64,000 nt of DNA from Pseudogymnoascus verrucosus (lineage: Eukaryota): NCBI GenBank assembly GCA_001662655.1, contig KV460209.1; one strand, given 5' to 3'. This document shows, in pieces, positions 11,024 through 25,614 of the stretch. Positions within the stretch are counted from its first letter, which is position 1. Each line of letters begins with the position of its first letter. The position numbers and the translations under genes were made by a program. The notes beneath the pieces are model-generated. The model saw only the letters and a list, made by a program, of their open reading frames with translations. It ran no database searches and had not been told where the DNA came from.

Positions 11024-11823
11024 GTAAACAATGTGACGCTTGACTCAGAGAATAATTGGAGAGAGGGGGGGTGGTAGGCGGGGTTTATAAATCAAGTTGG
11101 ATCGTATACTATACAGGGCAGTTGAGTTGGTGCCATCAAAAGTGGGGGTGAGATAGTCGGCAAATTGAACCCCGCGCGTACCCGGATGGTAGGAACTCCT
11201 ACCAAAATCGCGTCATAAGAAGTGGGTGTATATATTTCCATTTCTACTAATATGTTTTATTCATATATGGAGTAAGGAATATTTTAATTTACTGGAGTTT
11301 GAAACCTATAAAGTCTTGGATGAATTATTGTGACAGTAGTGAAGGCTGATAGCGATTTATAAAATATACAGGCAAATAATAAATAGATAGGAATTATTCC
11401 TACCTTTCTGCAATCTCCACTACAGTCTACAACATGAACAATAACAATCAATAGTGAGTGTTAATTATATATAATTAATTACGCGCGAAACCTTATAGTT
11501 ATATATTTGTCTCGTCCCCGCATTCTTTCTGTGGTGTCTGTCGCTCATGCTGTCACTTCACTCCTGCTGCCGTTTAAGTTGTCTTCCAACTCGAGCCCTG
11601 CTGTCACTTACTTAGGTCTTGTTGTCACTTAATTAACTCTTCCATACATACACCTTCACATATTTTCTACATGGAAGCTGAAGTTGTCCATTATGGGCCT
11701 TGCCTCTATCATCTCTCGTAATATGTTTCTCTGATGCGTTCTGGTTGAACATCAATTTGTATATCTTTGCTCATATATAATTACAATTGTGCGATCACCT
11801 TACATGAAAGCAAGCCCCTTTCG

Positions 11824-11916
11824 GGTTGTATAGTGTAGTTGGTTATCACATCGGATTCTGATCACGATTCATTCGCAATCATTCCGGGGACCTGAGTTCG
11901 AATCTCGGTACGACCT
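11824..11916 (+). tRNA. tRNA-Gln (CTG) with a 20-nt intron
   Basis: Acceptor stem GGTTGTA/TACGACC, D arm GTGTAGTTGGTTATCAC, anticodon stem TCGGA/TCCGG with CTG at 11858-11860, intron 11862-11881 after position 37, T arm CTGAG-TTCGAAT-CTCGG, and a T-run Pol III terminator at about 11934. Confidence 0.95.
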
Positions 11917-12206
11917 TCGCCGGTCAATTACAATTTTTTGTCAATTTTTTTTAGGGCAACGAAGTAAATAACTTAAAAATTAGAACCAATGTAGCCTTGA
12001 CTAACACGGCGAAGGAAATAATTATGACAACAGGTCGAACGGCTTTTTTGACTTTTTATTGAAGTGTCTTGGTACCATTTTCATGTGACCTGCGATAAGA
12101 AGCCAAGTCCATGCAACCCCAAGCTTATCCGCCATTATTTTCTCACCCCCACCAAGACACCACCACAACGACTACCTCACCCCTCACATCCCACAAAACC
12201 GCAAAA

Positions 12207-13273
12207 ATGGCAGCAGCAGCGCCTTCCCAAGTGGCCCAGAGTATCCCCGAAACTCAAGACCCCACGATCATCGCCCTGCGCACCAGCCTCACCACCGAGT
12301 CCACCCCTCTTGCCCAGCGCTTCCGCGCCCTCTTCTCGCTGAAGCATCTTGCCTCCCAGCCAGACGACTCCCCCCAGACACTCCCTGCGATCCAGGCCAT
12401 CGCCGCCGCATTCGCATCGCCATCGGCGCTACTCAAACATGAAGTTGCGTACTGTTTGGGGCAGACGAAGAATTTAGTTGCGGCACAGTATCTGCGGGCT
12501 GTGCTCGAGGATGTGGCGGAGGACAGTATGTGCCGACATGAGGCGGCTGAGGCGCTCGGGGCACTGGGAGATACTGGGAGTATAGCACTATTGAAGGACT
12601 TTAGAGATAAAGAGGGGGAGGTGGATGTTGTGAGGGAGACGTGCGAGATCGCAGTTGCGAGGATCGAGTGGGAGAATTCGGAGGAGAGCAAGAAGGAGAA
12701 ACTACAGCAGAGGTACGTTGGGTCGTTTGGTAGCTTGAGGCACGCGATACTAATTTTGGTAGTGATTTTGCTTCTATTGACCCCGCTCCGACAACGGCGC
12801 AGAACTCTACGGTTGAAGATCTTGAGAAGACGTTGCTGAACCCAGAATCGCCTCTCTTCCTACGATACAGAGCTATGTTCGGCCTCCGCGACTTGGCTTC
12901 GCCTCCCGACCTCCCCACTGCGGTCCCCGCTGTCCTTGCTCTTGCCAAGGGCTTCGCCGATTCATCTGCCTTGTTCCGACACGAGATTGCGTTTGTCTTT
13001 GGCCAGCTGTCACACCCGGCTTCGATACCCGCACTTACTGCCGCGTTGAGCGACACCAAGGAGGCTAGCATGGTTAGGCACGAGGCGGCGGAAGCCCTGG
13101 GCAGCTTGGGAGACGAGGATGGCGTTGAAGATGTGTTGAAGCGATTCTTGAACGATAGCGAGCAGGTTGTGAGGGAGAGTGTGATTGTCGCTTTGGATAT
13201 GGCTGAGTTCGAGAGGAGCGGTGAGACAGAGTATGCTTTGATCCCAGAGGCTGCCGGCACCGCGGCGGCATGA
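12207..13273 (+). CDS. LIA1: Deoxyhypusine hydroxylase
   Basis: HEAT-like repeats with four HE iron-binding motifs ([34 protein letters not shown]). Removing intron 12713-12762 restores [10 protein letters not shown]. Confidence 0.95.
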
Positions 13274-13383
13274 ATAGTACAGCAGCGATTGATTGTAAGG
13301 CGGAAGGCGGGCAGCTGGCAACAGCTCCAAGCTTGTCTGGAGTAGATATCCAGCATAAAATGGCATAGACGGAGTTTTCCACA

Positions 13384-13849
13384 TCAGTTGTTTTCTTTCC
13401 ATCTAGAGTGAGACATTAGTTTCAAGTTCACTTCGATTTCACGCGTAACTTACTTGTAACCACACTCGCAAGTATAGAAATTGGTAGAGCCTTCATCTGC
13501 ACCTCTCAGCTGCAACGACTGGTACTTCACTTCCTTTCGGCCACACTCGGGGCAAGTCTCCATGGCAGTTGCCTCGTTGTCTCTGTCGCTCATTTCCACG
13601 GTCTGCACAGCTGATCGCTTCTGCCTCAACACCGAGGGAAACGAGGAGGCTTTCGTCTTAGTTAGGACTGTTTGAGATGAGGTATCTGAGCTATTAGTAT
13701 ATAGTTTTTGGATAAATTCGAAAGACAAATTTACCTCTGTTTTCGGTGCCACAGCATGCGCACGTCAAGAGGGTATTGGCATCACCAGTTGAGCTGTCTA
13801 GAAGATTACCACAGTCGGTACAGAAAACAAGAGACCCAATTGCAGACAT
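13384..13849 (-). CDS. RPA12: RNA polymerase I subunit A12.2
   Basis: N-terminal FCTDCGNLL zinc ribbon and C-terminal TFIIS-like ribbon CPECG...QLRGADEGSTNFYTCECG, ending WKENN; two introns. Confidence 0.93.
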
Positions 13850-14207
13850 TTTGATTAATAAACAAAGCTGTTATACGAAATATGGTACTGAAAATGTCAA
13901 ATTTACGTTGTAGCGATAAAGTCGTCGTGAGGCTGGCACATAAAAATAATTCTGCAAAGGCGGTAAGCCGCTTTCATCGAAGTTGGGATGCACAGATGGT
14001 TGATAGGCCGCGCTAAGCCCTATTTGACGCAGGGCTACCATCGCAACTGCCTTGCGACGTCGACGTCGGATGGTGAACGATCAGATACATCACATTGCTC
14101 TGACAAAGGCCAATACTCCCGAACAAGGACTCTCTAATAGCGCCAGCAATGCGCCACCCGTATCTCTCCTAGCGCATCGCCGTTCTCATGCTCTCTAAAT
14201 CGCCACA

Positions 14208-17200
14208 ATGGAACGCAATGGCTACGCGCGACCTCCAGGTCCTCCGGCGACTGGGGAGCAACAAGGAAGACATGGCTCAAGTCGGGGACGCGTGAAGCCA
14301 TTTTCTGTGCAAGAGGCTCTCGCCCATTCCCCGATGTCCTCAGTTGTCCCGTTCAATACTGGTATTTGGCACCCCCCGCACCTCAACTTTTGACAACCAC
14401 ATCCGATCTACTCCATGTCAAACTCCCACCACTTACACATAACCTTCAGGTATTATCCCGTTACCTAGCATTGGCGACAGAGCATCAGCTTCTATATTTG
14501 CTACACCAGCAGAAGAGAATGCTGCCAGAGAAGGTCTTGCTATACTCGATGGGCCAACCTCGGAATCGAACGGCACGACACAAAGACTTGGAAAGGCTCT
14601 GAGTGACCTGCAACAACTTCTCAGACCAGAGGGCATAACACAATTGTGAGTTCCGATATTGCATGAACTGGCACATTCATAATCTGACTGGAAACAGCAA
14701 GTTCAAAACTGCTCCGACCGCTGGCAGATCGAAGCCAGACAATCCGCCCCCAGCTACCCAGATGTCCACGTTCGCCCGAATGCTGCTTGATACGACAACC
14801 ATAGGGTTTGAGCCGTCAATGCCGGATGCTCCTGAACCCCAGTTTGCGAGTGGAAATGGTTCTCATGCTCCATCGAAGCCAACATCATCTAGCCGACAAA
14901 AACCCACAAAGAAAAGCTCTGTCAAACATCCACAGACCAAGGATATCCAGTCCCACCACCAACCTAAATCGGAGAATGGCAATCATGCACCCGTCAGAAA
15001 TGCATCTATAGAGGCTGCAGCATCACACTCGATGCAAACCTACAATCCACGGACCATAACTCCTCCCAGAGAACCCAGCGAGATGGGTGGCACTAGGCTG
15101 TCTTCTACGGGTTCGATAGCTGATGTTCCACAATCATATTTCGATTCAGAGTACGCCGTTTACAACGAAAACGCCGAAAGTATGCCATCTCCCACGGACC
15201 GCGCCGTGAGAAAACGCAAATTGTCCGTAGACGATGTCTTAGAAGGGCCGGACCAGCGCGAGCAAGCTGATGCCGCGTTTCGTGAGCTGCAAGAACACTT
15301 GCAGGGCGTTTTCGAATCAGAAGGTAATCCGGGCGGCCATGGCTTATGCGAAAAGATTGGGGAAGATAATGTTACTAGCCTCACATCCCCTGCTTTGTCG
15401 AAGGTTCACATTTTGCTTCAGAAGATTATTTCCTTGGGCAGACTTCCCCAGGTGCCCGTCGGCGATCTTACCAGGCTCCAAAAGCTTTGTGATGGGGCTA
15501 TCAGAGCGACTGGTGTTGTTAGTTTGAGATTTGACGAGACCTGGGAAGAATCCGATATGGAGACGTTCCTAGAAAATGTTGCTGTGGCTGATATCGGGCT
15601 TAAATCTGCGAGAGCCTCGCTCCGGATCATGACTGGTGGCCGTGAAGAAAAGCAACTCTACTCCGAAGAAGTTATTCAAGCATCAGTCCACGCTTTGAAC
15701 AATGTGCTAGACTCGTGCGTCGTTCCAATCGTCGAGCTCCGCGACGCTGGATCTCAATCTTCCGTCTTTAAGCTTCTTTCGACACACAAGAAGACCATTA
15801 GGGATATTGTTTTACAATGCGTGCGAGTACTGAGCCTCTTGAGGGATCTTGTCTCCACTATTGAGCTATCCGAGACCGTCATAAATACTCTAGAGTATAC
15901 TGTGTCGCGATTGATTTTTGTTGAAAACGCTCACAGCGAGAAAGATTCGGTTTTGGGAGTAGCAAAATTCGACAATCTTCGAGTTGTAGCGATGGACACC
16001 CTGGCACAGATTTTTTCGAGCTACACGGAGCAGCGGCAGGGAATTTTCGACGAAATCCTCACGTCATTGGAGAAGCTTCCCGTGGCAAAGCAAAGTGCGA
16101 GACAATTTAAGCTGGCTAGTGGAGGCAGCATCCAGCTGGTGTCGGCTCTCATGATGCGCTTGATCCAGACAAGTGCAAACAAATCAAATTCGTCTCCACG
16201 AATGAGCGAAGCGCAGGATGAAGAAGATGAAGATGCTGATGGCGAGGCCGATGAGCCGGGCTTCCAGATCCTCATGGGAAATGGGCCACTTCCTGCAGTC
16301 TACGATACAGAACCGCGTGCGGCTAGGCAATCCTCAACAGCTGTCCAGGAGCTTCAAAAAACAGTACAACCACTCCTTAGAACGGCGAAGTCTAGTGCCT
16401 CTTACGTGGTCAATTTTATTGTCCAGCGGGCAATGACGTCCACCAAGACTGGGGATGCACCATACCGCAACCTACTCGATCTCTTTGTCCAGGACTTTAT
16501 TACTTGCCTGAACTCGATGGACTGGCCAGCAGCTGAGTTACTTTTACGCATATTTCTCATTAATATGGTGAATCTTGCAGAGGCCGATAAAACTCCGCCT
16601 GGCGCCAAAAACATGGCGTTAGATTTACTTGGCGAGATGGGTGCAGCCATATCAAAGCTAACGTCCGACGTTCGAAAGCTGACCGAGTCGCCTTACAACG
16701 ATGGCCCAGACGAAGTCGACGGCATGCCCTTCCGTGTATTATGTTCCTATTTCGAAGACAAGCTTCACGTTCAGGACCTTGTCAATTGGGGTGGCCCGTA
16801 CTGCATCTCTCTCCAATACCTCGATGATCGATATGGAACCGACAGCATCCTTGAAAGCGCTGTTGGGTACTACACCGCCGATTGGGCATCCCAAATTTGC
16901 GCAAGTTACGATGCTCCTATAGAGGACGATCGAGATCGGACCGAGCTCGAGCGAAGCTATGGACGAGTTGCGTATCGTCTTCGCATGATGATTAACGACA
17001 AGAGATGGCTGTCTACGGAGTACAGTGCTCCTCGTATTGAAGAAGTTCGGGCAAAACTCGCATATTCTTTGACTCTACTTAACTCGCCATTCTGCAAAGC
17101 TTCTGAACGCGTTCTGATGATTCTTCTCAAGTCCATGAGCAGTGATCAAGCCATAGTCCGAAGCAAGAGTTTAAAGAGTGTCAATCAAGTTCTTGAGACA

Positions 17201-19876
17201 GATCCAGCAATACTTGACCGAGGCGAAACAGTCATCCGACTCATATTGAATTGCTTGATGGATACTTCGGTGCAGGTTCGAGACTCAGCTTTAGGTCTTG
17301 TTACTAAGTGTATCGGTCTCAGACCGGTGCTCGAAAAGGAAGCATTGCCTGCAATCCTAAGGGCGGTGATTGACTCCAATGCTGGGGTACGAAAGCGTGC
17401 GATCAAGCTGATCAAGGACGTGTACCTTCGAAATACCGATAGGGATATCAGAAGTCTGATTGCAGATGCACTGCTTCATAGAGCGAAGGATTTGGACGAA
17501 AGTGTGCAAGAATTGGCTCGCCAAGTTATCGAAGAAATATGGCTGTCACCCTTTTATGGGCAAGATCCAACAGCAGATGATGCCGTTCAGCGTCGACTGG
17601 CAATCACCGACCATGTGACATTAATGGTGAAAACCATACAGCGCAGTTCGGATATAGCTGGTGTCCTTGACCGGGTACTGCAGAGTTCTCTATCGAGTAC
17701 TTCAAAGAACGCAGCTGCAAACTTCAAAGTCTGCAAGACATTTGTAGCTACAATGTTTGAAACGATAATTGGCGATGCTGGATTAGGCGGCCCCGACCGT
17801 CTCGAAACGAAGGATGCATTGCAACTTCTCATGACCTTTGCGAAGGCCAACTCCAAGCTTTTCACGACAGATCAGATCCAGCTTCTGCAGCCTTTCATTG
17901 CAGACGCTAAAACAGAGACTGATATCACAATTTTCCGCTGTGTCATTGTCATATTTCGACATGTTTTCCCTCAGCTCTCGACGCTGCACTCTCAGTTTCT
18001 CATCGCCGTTCGCCAGACCATAATGCCAACGGTTTCTCGTATGCATAGAGCTGCGCTTGACGACATCTTTGCATGCCTCCGGATTATAAGCGAAGTTCTC
18101 AAGAACACGGATAACCTTGCACGGCTCATATGTTCCACAATTGATAACATTAGAAAGCTCGGCAAGACGGATTTCTCTGACACAAAAGCTAATGACAATG
18201 TCCGCAAGATCTCTAAGCTTTTCCTCATTACAGGAATGTGCGGGAAGCACTGCGACCTGGACAGCCAGATCACCACCTTTCGACAAAAGTTCCCACACTT
18301 CAAAGGGAACTCAGTATCAAAGCTCATGGTTGATACATTCGCACCATTTGCATCTCCGTCCCAGCCTCTTGAGATCAGAAAGGCCGCATTGGATGCAATA
18401 GGACTAGTGTGCCAATCGTGGCCGAAAAACTACGATACCGCTTCTATCTCAACTGCCTTCCAAGCCGCATTTGAAGATAAAGTCCAGTCCCTAGAGTCTG
18501 TCATCATGGGATCATTCAAGGAGTTTTTCCTCTCCGAAGAGAAACGCTCTGATCCAGACGCGGAGCCAAATATTGGGGCTGGTACTGAGACGGTTGCAAC
18601 TCTCGGAGTCATGGGCGGAAGCCGACATGATGGAGTCAGCACATATATTTACCAAAAATTCATGCCCTACTTGACCCAAATTGCCTTGGCAACTCAAGAT
18701 GACCATGCCTTGCTAGCTACTGAGATTCTCACGAGCATCAATAGGCAGGGCCTGAATCACCCGAAAGAGTGCATGCAAACATTTGTTGCCCTCGAAACAT
18801 CGCAAAACAACATTATTGCGAAGCTAGCATTTCAAGAGCATCGGTCACTTCATGAAAAACACGAAACCATCCTTGAGAAAGAATACACGAGGGCTGTTCA
18901 ACTGGCGTTCACATACCAGCATGATGTCGTTCAAGACACACGTGGAGCAATCAGCTCTACTGGCGATCCGTCAACGGCCAAGTATGCAGCAAAGCTGCAT
19001 CTCTTGATAGACGTTCTCAACATCAGCAAAGTTAAGATAAGAAAGAGATTCTACGAGAGCTTATGCGCTCGCATTGATTTTGACCAATCGAAACTTGACG
19101 CAACCGAGGATTTTCCTACACATGTCGACTTTTCTAAATTCGTCATTGAAAATTTGGCCTTCTTTGAATATGCCACCGTGGATGAGCTTCTTGCAACTAT
19201 TTCTGCGATGGAGAAAGTTGTTACTGGTACAGGCAGTAATGTTGCTCACGCCATTGAGACGGAAATTTTTAGCTTGCGCATGGTGAATGGCCAAGCCGAA
19301 ACCGAGCCAGGACAAGCGGTCGTTCCTTCAGCGGAAAGCGCCATTGATTTGGGGCGTCTACGCCAGCTCACGGCCGGTTCTATGGTCCTTTCCTGCCTCT
19401 GGGAAGCACGCACGCATCTCCGCCGCCTCTACGGCTTGATGAATAGTCAGAATTCTCGGCGTGAGGGTAAGGCAAAGGCCAACGTTAAAGACCTAAATAG
19501 GGCACCAACCAAAGTACCTTTTGCAAGTGGCGATAAGTTCTGGGACGAGAGTACGAGAATAATGTCTTGTCTCGGGTCTCGAGAAGCTATGATGGACCAA
19601 TGCAAGGATTTTGTCGAACTCCTCACTGTGGACAAGGACTTCAAGATCGCTGCGGAAGGGGAAGATGATGTTGCCGCTCAAGCTCGGCTGCGGACTCCAA
19701 GTGATGACGAAGAAGCATCCCAACCCCCGAGCGGTAGCGGGAGGGGACGAAAGCGCAAGGCCAGCGGAACACCAGGTGGCCGGAAGAAAGGCGCACGATC
19801 AAATTCGAAGGGTCGGTCGAAGAAAAATAAGCGGGGAAGTCCGGACAGTGACGAAGGGGATGATTACGGGAGTTAA
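14208..19876 (+). CDS. SCC2: Cohesin loader Scc2/Mis4/NIPBL
   Basis: Long HEAT-repeat protein with VRSKSLKSV, VRDSALGLV, GVRKRAIK and RQGLNHPKEC...VALETS motifs. Two 5' introns (14362-14449 and about 14646-14697). Confidence 0.93.
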
Positions 19877-20823
19877 TGGGAGAACATATTTTATTTTCTG
19901 CAGATATATATTATGGGCAGTGGTGTTTATGGGGGGGAGAGGAGTTATATTACAGGGCTATAGCTGGTGCTACGGGATGGCATTTACGGCGGCGAACATG
20001 ACATGGCTTTATCGGCATTGCTTTGCTGCATTGGGCGGCAATAATTTCCCCAGAAGAGCTGTATACGCTTGATATAGAGGTGGATTTAAGAAGCCCATCT
20101 CGCAGGAAATGGCTGGAAAAGATGGAATCATCAACAAGGCAAACTGGCACTGATTGCAATTTAGCAATTTAGCTATATAGCTTTGAAACGAGCAGAATAG
20201 TCAGTTGCGAATATATTAACATTATATTTGAATGTGTCTGTCTGGTCTTTGCATAAATATGAATTCCAGCTGTGACGCCGTTCCTATTTAGCACGCCGAT
20301 TACCGGAACGAACAGAGATGGATGCAAATTGGGTTTCCCAAATATCAAAACAAATACTCCAGAGTATAGCCGGAGTTTTCCCCGTCTTAGCGTTTGTCAA
20401 GTGATTCTAACAGACCCCTCCCCCGCACCTCCCCCCCACCAAGCGGCTTCCTGTTCTCCAACTCTGTATTCAGCCTGAATATTTAAAGCCTAGATAGACG
20501 ATAGTATGGGATAGTGTCCCTAAATCACTGCCGGTAAATCGTTGATAGGAGGCCTTGCTCGACCGACGTCAAGACGGGACAAGGCTGTGGTGGGGTAGGT
20601 GTCGGGTTGTCGGGGTATCTCAACATATGTAAGAGCGCTGTTCCTTCAACATTCGGTTTCCAGTCATTGCATTTCCCTTGATATTTTCAAGATAATTTCA
20701 AGAGATATTCTTTCGTAGTTTTGCAAAGACATTTCTGTTTTCTCAGTGTTGATTATTCTCAACGACCTTGCTGGTTAACGTTGCTTTAACATAATCTCCG
20801 GTGCATCTCCAAATCTCACAATC

Positions 20824-22372
20824 ATGTCAAGTGGTATCCTTCGCACGCAAGGCACGGAAGTCGTTGGCCAGGATGGGAAGCCCGTGATTCTGCGCGGTGC
20901 GGCCCTGGGAGGCTGGATGAACATGGAGAACTTCATCACCGGCTACCCTGGGCATGAATCGGAGCACCGCGCTGCCATGAAGAAGGTTCTTGGGCAGGAG
21001 AACTACGAGTTCTTCTTCGACAAATGGCTTGAGTATTTCTTTACAGATGCCGATGCGGTTTTCTTCGCCAGCTTGGGGCTCAATGCTCTGAGGCTGCCAT
21101 TTAACTACCGACACTTTGAGGATGATATGAATCCGAGGGTGTTGAAGGAAGAGGGATTCAAGCATTTGGACCGCGTTATTGATCTCGTAAGTTGCTTCTT
21201 AGGTTTGGCGTGGATATGTAGTGTTTAATGGCGTGAGACTGATATCAAATAGTGTGCCAAGCATGGAATCTACACAATTCTGGATATGCACACGGTGCCT
21301 GGTGGACAAAGCCAAGACTGGCACTCTGATAACCACTCTTCCTGGGCGTCTTTCTGGGATTACAAAGACCATCAAGACCGTACCGTGTGGCTGTGGGAAA
21401 TAATTGCTGCGCGATACAAGGGCAACCCTTGGGTCGCAGGTTACAATCCTATCAACGAGCCGTGTGATCCTGAGCATGTCCGCCTTCCTGCCTTCTACCA
21501 GCGCCTGGAGAAGGCCATTCGAATTATTGACCCAGATCACATCCTCTGGCTTGATGGGTACCCGCCCCTCCTTTAACCCCAAAGAGACCTATCTGATAAT
21601 TTACAGAAATACATTCGCAATGGAATTTGTCGGCTTCGAGCCCCTCGTCTCCGGCCCTACCAAGCTCCCCAACACTGCCTACAGCATCCACGACTACAAC
21701 TCCATGGGCTTCCCGTCGGGAGATGCATACCTCGGAACAGACGAGCAGAAATCCAGGCTTGAGAAATCCTTCCGCCGCAAGGCAGAGTGGATGGCCAAAT
21801 ACGACGTTCCTTGCTGGAACGGCGAGTTCGGGCCAGTCTACAGCATCCATGAGAAGGACCCTGAAGCTGCGAAACAGATCAATGAGCAGCGCTATAACAT
21901 GCTAGCGGAGCAACTGAATATTTACGACAAGCACGCTATCCCATGGAGCATTTGGCTGTACAAAGACATTGGTCTGCAGGGCATGATCTACACAGACCCG
22001 GAGTCGAAGTGGAATCGTACTATTGCTCCTTCCCTCAAGGTCAAGGTGGACGCACAGCTAGATGCGTGGGGATCGTATCCCAGCGCCTCCATGGAGTCAG
22101 TAATCGCCCCGCTTGTGGCAGAGCTTGAGAAAGTGAACCCGGATGCGAATGACGAATACCCAACCCCGTGGAACGTGGAGCGTCATGTCAGGCGTGCGGT
22201 GCTTCAGACGTTCCTGTCGCGGACGTTGTCGGATAAGTTTGCTCAGCAGTTCAGTGGGATGGGCAAGGAGGAGCTCGAAGAGTGTGCGAAGAGCTTCCAC
22301 TTTGACCAGTGCAAGAAGCGAGATGGGCTGAATGAAATTCTGAGGGATCATGCGAAGTTGAGCCATGCTTAG
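20824..22372 (+). CDS. Glycoside hydrolase family 5, no signal peptide (GH5_22-like intracellular beta-glycosidase/xylosidase)
   Basis: LGGWMNMENFITG, LRLPFNYRHF, catalytic INEP and WNGEFG motifs; introns 21187-21252 and 21558-21606. The subfamily assignment is from memory of the family. Confidence 0.88.
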
Positions 22373-22872
22373 ATATCGAACACGGAATGTATCCGTTCTA
22401 TCTCTTTCTCCAATGGGCATTCGCAGAACAGCCACAAGGCATCAATAGGAGCAAAGTCTCGGACAGTATAATATAATATGCCAATGATGAATGATGATAG
22501 CTTATAGTCGGTATAGACTATAGACTATAAGTTTGCTTTTGTGGTTGATAATCTATTGTCGGTTGAAGCAAATAATTATCCTGGGTATATTAAATTTATC
22601 CTCGTTTTGTGACAATAAAACTAAAACGCCGAAGACGAGATGACTGCAAATCGATGTGGTTTCTATTTTGCACAGACCCCACCCAAATGCCCAAAAACTA
22701 CTTTCTAAGAAGTAATAGGCTAAAGACGAGAGTTGAGAGTGATATATACCGACATTGTTAGACCATAACGCCTTCCCTTATTAAACCCCACTGCCCAGCA
22801 TTCCTAGGCGATCAGACTATTCGCAACTAAACCCTCCAACGCCCCCATCCACCATATCCCTTTTGTGCAAGC

Positions 22873-25614
22873 CTAATTATACCAGTCCTCCTGGCTGCCA
22901 GAGCCCCCCATTCTTGGACTATCGTCCAAAGCTGATGCATCATTAATGAAGAAACCCCCCTCTCCACCCACACCGCCCAAGTCCTCCCAATTATCAAACC
23001 CGACCGCCAGGCTCGCCTGATCGCGTAGCCACCAATCCTGACCCTCACCCATCGTTCCCTGTCCCCCAAACAACGTCGTTGGACTAACCTGCCTCCCTTG
23101 CGATGGACCCGCCATCGCCTGTCGCAGCGCAGCCTGTCCTGGCTGCGACGTGCGTGGGCTGCTGCCTATATTGGGAGGGACGACGTTGAAGAGCCCTGCT
23201 GCGGCGCTTCGCAGGTATGGCGCTGTCATGTTCAACCCAGAGTCATCTGCGAGAGACATTGGGATCTGAGCGCCTACCTCTTCCCCTGCGGCCGATACGG
23301 GCACGAAGGGCGCTAAGGTCGTGTACACGTTATTATGCGCGCTGCCTGGCGGGTTCGGCGGCGGCACTGATACGGACTTTGTGGCTTTGGGCGCCTCGGG
23401 GGAGCCGTAGCCCGGCGGCGAGCCTAGGTTAGATGGGCTCGGGTGCTGTGAGACCTCGGATTTGGGACTGGGGACGTCGGTGGGGGAGAATTTGCCATAT
23501 TTGGCGTCGGTGCGATGGAGGACGTCGCGCGCTTCTTCTGGGAGCTCAATCTTCCATTTGCGTGCCAGTACGCTTATGATGCTTAGGGTGCGGCGGGCGC
23601 AAAGCCAGTCCTCTGCGATCTCTTCGAGGTGCTTGGTGCCATGGATGATATCGCGCTTGGCAGCTTTATCCGGTAAATTGAGTAGGTGGATGGTGCAAGC
23701 TGAGTGGACCATATAGACGGCGATGTTGCAAATTTGGCGTAGCCCATAGGTGCGCTTGTATAGACGCATGAGTTTGGAGATGGCGGAGGCAGCCGAAGTA
23801 CAGAATTTCCGGGGCGAGACGTGGCTGGGAAGAGGAGAGGTCGATGGGTTGTATTTTAGGAACGGGCGGAAAAGATGGATGTACAGGAGATGGAAAAACA
23901 TGCTGCGGAGTGGTGTTAGTATATACCGAGAGTTAATTGGACAAAAGAGACTTACTGCATAAGTAAAACATTAGGGAGTTGCCCCTCTTTTGACTCGAAC
24001 TCCTTGGGCAGCTCCTTGCGCCATGCCTCAAGACGAGTATGCAGCTCACTCAACTTCTTGAGCTCGGTCTGCTTCCCCATAGACCGCTCCAGCGTTTGGG
24101 GATGATAGAAAAATATTAGTAGGTCGCTACTGATCTCGCACAAAGCTGATATTTGCAATGCAATTGCTCTTGTGCGCGATGGCTGCGAATGCAACTGACT
24201 AACCCCAGTATCGGTGTATGGCGACCAAGTGTCACTGTCCTCATCTGGGAAGACGTCGTACTTTGGAGCAGTTATATTTGACGTCGGCAACTGGGGCATG
24301 CGTCCAAGGTAGTTGGACCAGCATTTGTCGAACAAATAGCAGCCCCAGAATGTTACTCTTCGTGCATCGATTTCTTTCTCGTCCATTGGCTCCTTGCTGC
24401 TAGCCATTCCGCCGGAATCCAGGTTTAGACCCATATCCAACGCCATCCGGAAGCTCATTCCGCTGTATACCCAGCCCTTTGCTTCGCGCCCGCAGCCGGC
24501 TTCCCTGAGGGACATTAATGCTAAGGCTTGTACAGTCGTTAATCGTGGCTTCTCATATTCATCATTCTCAACAAATAAGCGCTTGGCTTCTTGGAAGAAT
24601 GCGTCTCCTTTCGTAGAGGGGTCATCCGGATCCGCACAGCCCGCCGGCGAATTTGTGAAGTGACACCCCAGTGCCAACATTGCGTTGACTAGCAATGCCG
24701 AGCAGTATAATGTCCGCTTGGGATTCCCGGGCGGTTTTCCCAGGAGGAAGTCTCGTAGGAAGAGGCTCTTCGATAATGTCGTGAAATATGGATAGTGCCA
24801 GCTCAGGTACATATTTAGCAAATGTAGTATGAGCTCAGCGTCCGTCGTAACAGTTGTCCAGCTTAATAATGGCGCATCTTGTTGCTGTAGCGCGTCCGAG
24901 CTATCCTCCTCATCATCCTCTGGCGAGAGATATATCAAGTTCGACGTGCCGCCAATGAACCGCACCGACCCATTCTCGATCCTCAATTCGCCCATTTTCC
25001 CCGAAAGTTCGTTTTCAAAGGTCGGTGCGACGGTTTGCGAGTATGCACCAATTATGATATCATCATCGTCCTCATCCTCCGCCTTTGCATCGGAGTTCTC
25101 CTTTCGGGCGATGGTGTCTGCGACATCGTCTAGGTTGTCGCAGGTGCGTATCTGTCGAACCAAAGCCGAAACATTGTCTTCGGAGGAATTCAGTATCGCT
25201 TGCACGATCGTCTGCAATGTCGACTCGCGCGCTTTCAGCGTGTCGGCCTTCTCCTTATACACTCCCTTACGTCGATGGTCGCTATTTGGGTCGTACACGC
25301 ATTCTGTGACCTCATAGTTAGCGCTGGAGGTCGCGTGGGCAAAAGTAAACACTATATGGAGACTTACCAGTGCCATAGACGCTCGAGCAGGCAGCGCACG
25401 ACGGCGTATTGCCATCGCACTTTGACTTCCTCCGGCGACAGGCAATGCAGGCCGTGCTCACGCATCGTCGCTTGATAGCAGCGGCGTCGCGACTCGACCG
25501 GGACTTCTTCTTCGTCGGCGCGTGAGGCGGCGACTTCCGAGGCTCACTAGAACCATTATCCATATTTAAAGGTGATTCGCGCCGGGTCACCTCGAGAATC
25601 TCGCGATCTCCCAT
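22873..25614 (-). CDS. nirA: Nitrate-assimilation Zn2Cys6 transcription factor NirA/Nit-4
   Basis: RRCVSTACIACRRRKSKCDGNTPSCAACSSVYGTECVYDPNSDHRRKGVYK matches the NirA DNA-binding domain as I recall it; fungal TF middle domain (RRVTFWGCYLFDK); two introns. Confidence 0.88.

Noticed and set aside
11461..11478. 18-bp perfect palindrome TTAATTATATATAATTAA and nearby TGTCACTT x3 upstream of the tRNA
   Set aside because: Purely A/T in an AT-rich patch; no terminal repeats or target-site duplication defining an element.
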